Assembly: GCA_964016885.1 (NCBI GenBank)
Contig: OZ024742.1
Span: 372,744,001 to 372,808,000, forward strand
From: Eledone cirrhosa
Lineage: Eukaryota
Length of the DNA stretch: 64,000 nucleotides
Direction: 5' to 3'
In this document: positions 58,620 to 64,000 of the stretch, in pieces
Layout: each line of letters starts with the position of its first letter
Numbering within the stretch: the first letter of the stretch is position 1
The notes under the pieces: model-generated
What the model saw: the letters and a program-made list of their open reading frames with translations, nothing else
What the model was told of the DNA's origin: nothing
The model's database searches: none
Program-made: the position numbers and the translations under genes

Positions 58620-61600
58620 GTAAATCTCTTTCTATATAAACTGTAAATCTAATTCTATATAAACTGTAAATCTCTTTCTATATAAACTGTAAATCTCATT
58701 CTATATAAACTGTGAATCTCATTCTATAAGCTGTAAATCTCTTTCTATATAAACTGTAAATCTCATTCTATATACACTGTAAATCTCTTTCTATATAAAC
58801 TGTAAATCTCATTCTATATAAACTGTAAATCTCATTCTATAAACTGTAAATCCCTTTCCATATAAACTGTAAATCTCATTCTATATAAGCTGTAAATCTC
58901 ATTCTATAAACTGTACATCTCATTCTATATAAACTGTAAATCCCATTCTATATAAACTGTATATATCATTCTATAAACTGTAAATCTCATTCTATATACT
59001 GTAAATCTCTTTCTATATAAACTGTAAATCTAATTCTATATTAACTGTAAATCTGATTCTATAAACTGTAAATCTCTTTCTATATAAACTGTAAATCTCA
59101 CTCTATATAAACTGTAAATCTCTTTCTATATAAACTGTAAATCTCGTTCTATATAAGCTGTAAATCTCATTCTATAAACTGTAAATCTCTTTCTATATAA
59201 ACTGTAAATCCCATTCTATATAAACTGTATATATCATTCTATAAACTGTAAATCACATTCTATAAACTGTAAATCTCTTTCTATATAAACTGTAAATCTC
59301 ATTCTATATAAACTGTAAATCTATTTCTATATGAACTGTAAATCTCATTCTATATAAATTGTAAATCTCATTCTATAAACTGTGAATCTCATTCTATATA
59401 AACTGTAAATCTCATTCTATAAACTGTAAATCTCATTCTATGAACTGTAAACCTCTTTCTATATAAACTGTAAATCTCATTCTATATAAACTGTAAATCT
59501 CATTCTATAAACTGTAAATCTCTTTCTGTATAAACTGTAAATCTCATTCTATATAAACTGTAAATCTCTTTCTATATAAACTGTAAATTTCATTCTATAA
59601 ACTGTAAATCTCATTCTATATAAACTGTAAATCTCATTCTATAAACTGTAAATCTCATTCTATATAAACTGTAAATCTCTTTCTATATAACCTGTAAATC
59701 TCTTTCTATATAACCTGTAAATCTCTTTCTATATAAACTGTTAATCTCATGCTATAAACTGTAAATCTCATTCTATATAAACTGTAAATCTCTTTCTATA
59801 TAACCTGTAAATCTCTTTCTATATAACCTGTAAATCTCTTTCTATATAAACTGTAAATCTCATGCTATAGACTGTAAATCTCATTCTATATGAACTGTAA
59901 ATCTCTTTCTATATAAACTGTAAATCTCATTCTATATAATCTGTAAATCTCATTCGATAAACTGTAAATCTCTTTTTATATAAACAGTAAATCTCATTCT
60001 ATATAAACTGTAAATCTCATTCTATGAACTGTAAATCTCTTTCTATATAAACTGTAAATCTCATTCTATATAAAATGTAAATCTCATTCTATAAACTGTA
60101 AATCTCTTTCTATATAAACTGTAAATCTCATTCTATATAAACTGTAAATCTCTTTCTATATAAACTGTAAATTTCATTCTATAAACTCTAAATCTCTTTC
60201 TATATAAACTGTAAATCTCATTCTATATAAACTGTAAATCTCTTTCTATATAAATGTAAATCTCATTCTATATAAACTGAATTTCATTCTATATAAACTG
60301 TAAATCTCTTTCTATATAAACTGTAAATCTCATTCTATATAAACTGTAAATCTCATTCTATATAAACTGTAAATCTCATTCTATAAACTGTAAATCTCTT
60401 TCTATATAAACTGTAAATCTCATTCTATATAAGCTGTAAATCTCATTCTATTAACTGTAAATCTCATTCTATATACACTGTAAATCTCATTATATATAAA
60501 CTGTATATATCATTCTATAAACTGTAAATCTCAGTCTATAAACTGTAAATCTCTTTCTATATAAACTGTAAATCTCTTTCTATATGAACTGTAAATCTCT
60601 TTCTATATAAACTGTAAATCGCATTCTATATAAGCTGTAAATCTCATTCTATGAACTGTAAATCTCTTTCTATATAAACTGTAAATCTCATTCTATATAA
60701 ACTGTAAATCTCATTCTATAAACTGTAAATCTCTTTCTATATAAACTGTAAATCTCATTCTATATAAACTGTAAATCTCTTTCTATATAAACTGTAAATC
60801 TCATTCTATATAAACTGAATCTCATTCTATATAAACTGTAAATCTCTTTCTATATAAACTGTAAATCTCATTCTATATAAACTGTAAATCTCATTCTATA
60901 TAAACTGTAAATCTCATTCTATAAACTGTAAATCTCTTTCTATATAAACTGTAAATCTCATTCTATATAAGCTGTAAATCTCATTCTATTAACTGTAAAT
61001 CTCATTCTATATAAACTGTAAATCTCATTCTATATAAACTGTATATATCATTCTATAAACTGTAAATCTCAGTCTATAAACTGTAAATCTCTTTCTATAT
61101 AAACTGTAAATCTCTTTCTATATGAACTGTAAATCTCTTTCTATATAAACTGTAAATCTCATTCTATATAAGCTGTAAATCTCATTCTATGAACTGTAAA
61201 TCTCTTTCTATATAAACTGTAAATCTCATTCTATATAAACTGTAAATCTCATTCTATAAACTGTAAATCTCTTTCTATATAAACTGTAAATCTCATTCTA
61301 TATAAACTGTAAATCTCTTTCTATATAAACTGTAAATCTCATTCTATAAACTGTAAATCTCTTTCTATATAAACTGTAAATCTCATTCTATATAAGCTGT
61401 AAATCTCATTCTATTAACTGTAAATCTCTTTCTATATAAACTGTAAATCTCATTCTATATAAACTCTATATATCATTCTATAAACTGTAAATCTCAGTCT
61501 ATAAACTGTAAAACTCTTTCTATATAAACTGTAAATCTCTTTCTATATGAACTGTAAATCTCTTTCTATATAAACTGTAAATCTCATTCTATGTAAGCTG

Positions 61601-64000
61601 TAAATCTCATTCTATGAACTGGAAATCTCTTTCTATATAAACTGTAAATCTCATTCTATGTAAACTGTAAATCTCATTCTATATAAACTGTAAATCTCTT
61701 TCTATATAAACTGTAAATCTCATTCTATATAAACTGTAAATCTCATTCTATATAAACTGTAAATCCCATTCTATAAACTGTAAATCTCTTTCTATATAAC
61801 CTGTAAATCTCTTTCTATAGAAACTGTAAATCTCATGCTATAAACGGTAAATCTCATTCTATATAAACTGTAAATCTCATTCTATATAAACTCTGAATCT
61901 GATTCTATATAAACTGTAACTCTCATTTTATATAAACTGTGAATCTCATTCTATATAAACTGTATATCTCATTCTATATAAACTGTAAATCTCATTCGAT
62001 AAACTGTAAATCTCTTTTTATATAAAATGTAAATCTCATTCTATAAACTGTAAATCTCTTTCTATATAAACTGTAAATCTCATTCTATATAAACTGTAAA
62101 TCTCTTTCTATATAAACTGTAAATCTCATGCTATAAACTGAAAATCTCATTCTATATAAACTGTAAATCTCTTTCTATATAAACTCTGAATCTGATTCTA
62201 TATAAACTGTAACTCTCATTTCATATAAACTGCGAATCTCATTCTATATAAACTGTATATCTCATTCTATATAAACTGTAAATCTCATTCGATAAACTGT
62301 AAATCTCTTTTTATATAAACTGTAAATCTCATTCTATATAAACTGTAAATCTCATTCTATATAAAACGTAAATCTCATTCTATAAACTGTAAATCTCTTT
62401 CTATATAAACTGTAAATCTCATTCTATATAAACTGTAAATCTCTTTCTATATAAACTGTAAATTTCATTCTATAAACTCTAAATCTCTTTCTATATAAAC
62501 TGTAAATCTCATTCTATATAAACTGTAAATCTCTTTCTATATAAACTGTAAATCTCATTCTATATAAACTGAATCTCATTCTATATAAACTGTAAATCTC
62601 TTTCTATATAAACTGTAAATCTCATTCTATATAAACTGTAAATCTCATTCTATATAAACTGTAAATCTCATTCTATAAACTGTAAATCTCTTTCTATATA
62701 AACTGTAAATCTCATTCTATATAAGCTGTAAATCTCATTCTATTAACTGTAAATCTCATTCTATATAAACTGTAAATCTCATTCTATATAAACTGTATAT
62801 ATCATTCTATAAACTGTAAATCTCAGTCTATAAACTGTAAATCTCAGTCTATAAACTGTAAATCTCTTTCTATATATACTGTAAATCTCCTTCTATATAA
62901 ACTGTAAATTTCATTCTATAAACTCTAAATCTCTTTCTATATAAACTGTAAATCTCATTCTATATAAACTGTAAATCTCTTTCTATATAAACTGTAAGTC
63001 TCATTCTATATAAGCTGTAAATCTCATTCTATGAACTGTAAATCTCTTTCTATATAAACTGTAAATCTCATTCTATATGAACTGTAAATCTCATTCTATA
63101 AACTGTAAATCTCTTTCTATATAAACTGTAAATCTCATTCTATATAAACTGTAAATCTCATTCGATAAACTGTAAATCTCTTTTTATATAAACTGTAAAT
63201 CTCATTCTATATAAACTGTAAATCTCATGCTATAAACTGAAAATCTCATTCTATATAAACTGTAAATCTCTTTCTATATAAACTCTGAATCTGATTCTAT
63301 ATAAACTGTAACTCTCATTTCATATAAACTGCGAATCTCATTCTATATAAACTGTATATCTCATTCTATATAAACTGTAAATCTCATTCGATAAACTGTA
63401 AATCTCTTTTTATATAAACTGTAAATCTCATTCTATATAAACTGTAAATCTCATTCTATATAAAATGTAAATCTCAGTCTATAAACTGTAAATCTCAGTC
63501 TATAAACTGTAAATCTCTTTCTATATAAACTGTAAATCTCTTTCTATATAAACTGTAAATTTCATTCTATAAACTCTAAATCTCTTTCTATATAAACTGT
63601 AAATCTCATTCTATATAAACTGTAAATCTCTTTCTATATAAACTGTAAATCTCATTCTATATAAGCTGTAAATCTCATTCTATGAAATGTAAATCTCTTT
63701 CTATATAAACTGTAACTCTCATTCTATATGAACTGTAAATCTCATTCTATAAACTGTAAATCTCTTTCTATATAAACTGTAAATCTCATTCTATATAAAC
63801 TGTAAATCTCTTTCTATATAAACTGTAAATTTCATTCTATAAACTGTAAATCTCTTTCTATATAAACTGTAAGTCTCATTCTATATAAATTGTAAATCTC
63901 TTTCTATATAAACTGTAAATCTCATTCTATATAAACTGTGAATCTCATTCTATATAAACTGTAAATCTCATTCTATAAACTGTAAATCTCTTTCTATATA

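Larger units (their letters stand above)
1..64000. repeat. Tandem satellite array, 23-bp monomer CWTTCTATATAAACTGTAAATCT with 21-bp variant CATTCTATAAACTGTAAATCT; extends past both window edges
   Basis: Directly visible: monomers at 1-23 (CATT type), 24-46 (CTTT type), 47-69 and 70-90 (21 bp), continuing head-to-tail in one orientation to 64000. Most monomers are within 0-2 substitutions of consensus. No non-repeat sequence was seen. Confidence 0.99.

Noticed and set aside
1-64000. CRISPR array (repeat length 21-23 bp)
   Set aside because: Monomers abut directly, with no unique spacers, leader or cas genes.
1-64000. Protein-coding repeat ORF on either strand
   Set aside because: The plus strand has two TAA per monomer in different frames. 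The minus strand has TAG in each monomer and TGA at CATT-type junctions. The 23-bp period rotates the frames, so all frames close quickly.
1-64000. Telomerase-made long telomeric repeat (23-bp units occur in Candida albicans; C>G strand skew is present here)
   Set aside because: There are no G-runs and no resemblance to telomeric motifs I know. Ordered variants copied in multi-kb blocks indicate recombination or replication-based amplification, not templated addition.
1-64000. Plasmid iterons or replication origin (~22-bp repeats)
   Set aside because: Iteron arrays have a handful of copies next to a rep gene. Here there are thousands of copies and no gene.
1-64000. Information-bearing code or variant-cassette system in the monomer order
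   Set aside because: The order of variants is adequately explained by nested duplication and deletion. There is no associated enzyme gene, expression site or recombination signal in the window.
1-64000. Rolling-circle concatemer, sequencing artefact or synthetic repeat
   Set aside because: The multiple different periods and hierarchically shared variants are not expected from a single circular template or from random error. Individual duplications could still be assembly errors.
1-64000. Hairpins, terminators, G-quadruplexes or strongly phased A-tract curvature
   Set aside because: There are no inverted copies beyond the short TATATA palindrome, and only one G per monomer. A-runs are 3 bp long and spaced 7 and 16 bp apart, not in helical phase.

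Overview
The whole 64-kb window is one uninterrupted, single-orientation, AT-rich (~22% GC) tandem satellite array. The monomer is 23 bp, consensus CWTTCTATATAAACTGTAAATCT. A frequent 21-bp variant lacks one TA (CATTCTATAAACTGTAAATCT), and rare 20- and 22-bp variants occur. There are roughly 2,850 monomers (estimated from a mean length of ~22.5 bp, not counted). I see no genes, RNA genes, transposons, unique spacers or inversions, and the array runs off both edges. The structure worth noting is hierarchical. There is a CATT/CTTT and long/short monomer grammar, and recurrent 0.2-0.7-kb modules of ordered variant monomers. These modules are re-amplified in near-identical duplications of irregular size (offsets 1211, 1679, 2575/2755, 2757, 2991, 5904 and ~6900-6960 bp, read from shared rare variants). 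This looks like eukaryotic heterochromatic satellite DNA evolving by repeated local duplication and deletion. I do not recognise the family, and I cannot support a novel protein- or RNA-based system from this sequence. All offsets were read by eye from marker variants, so boundaries are approximate.
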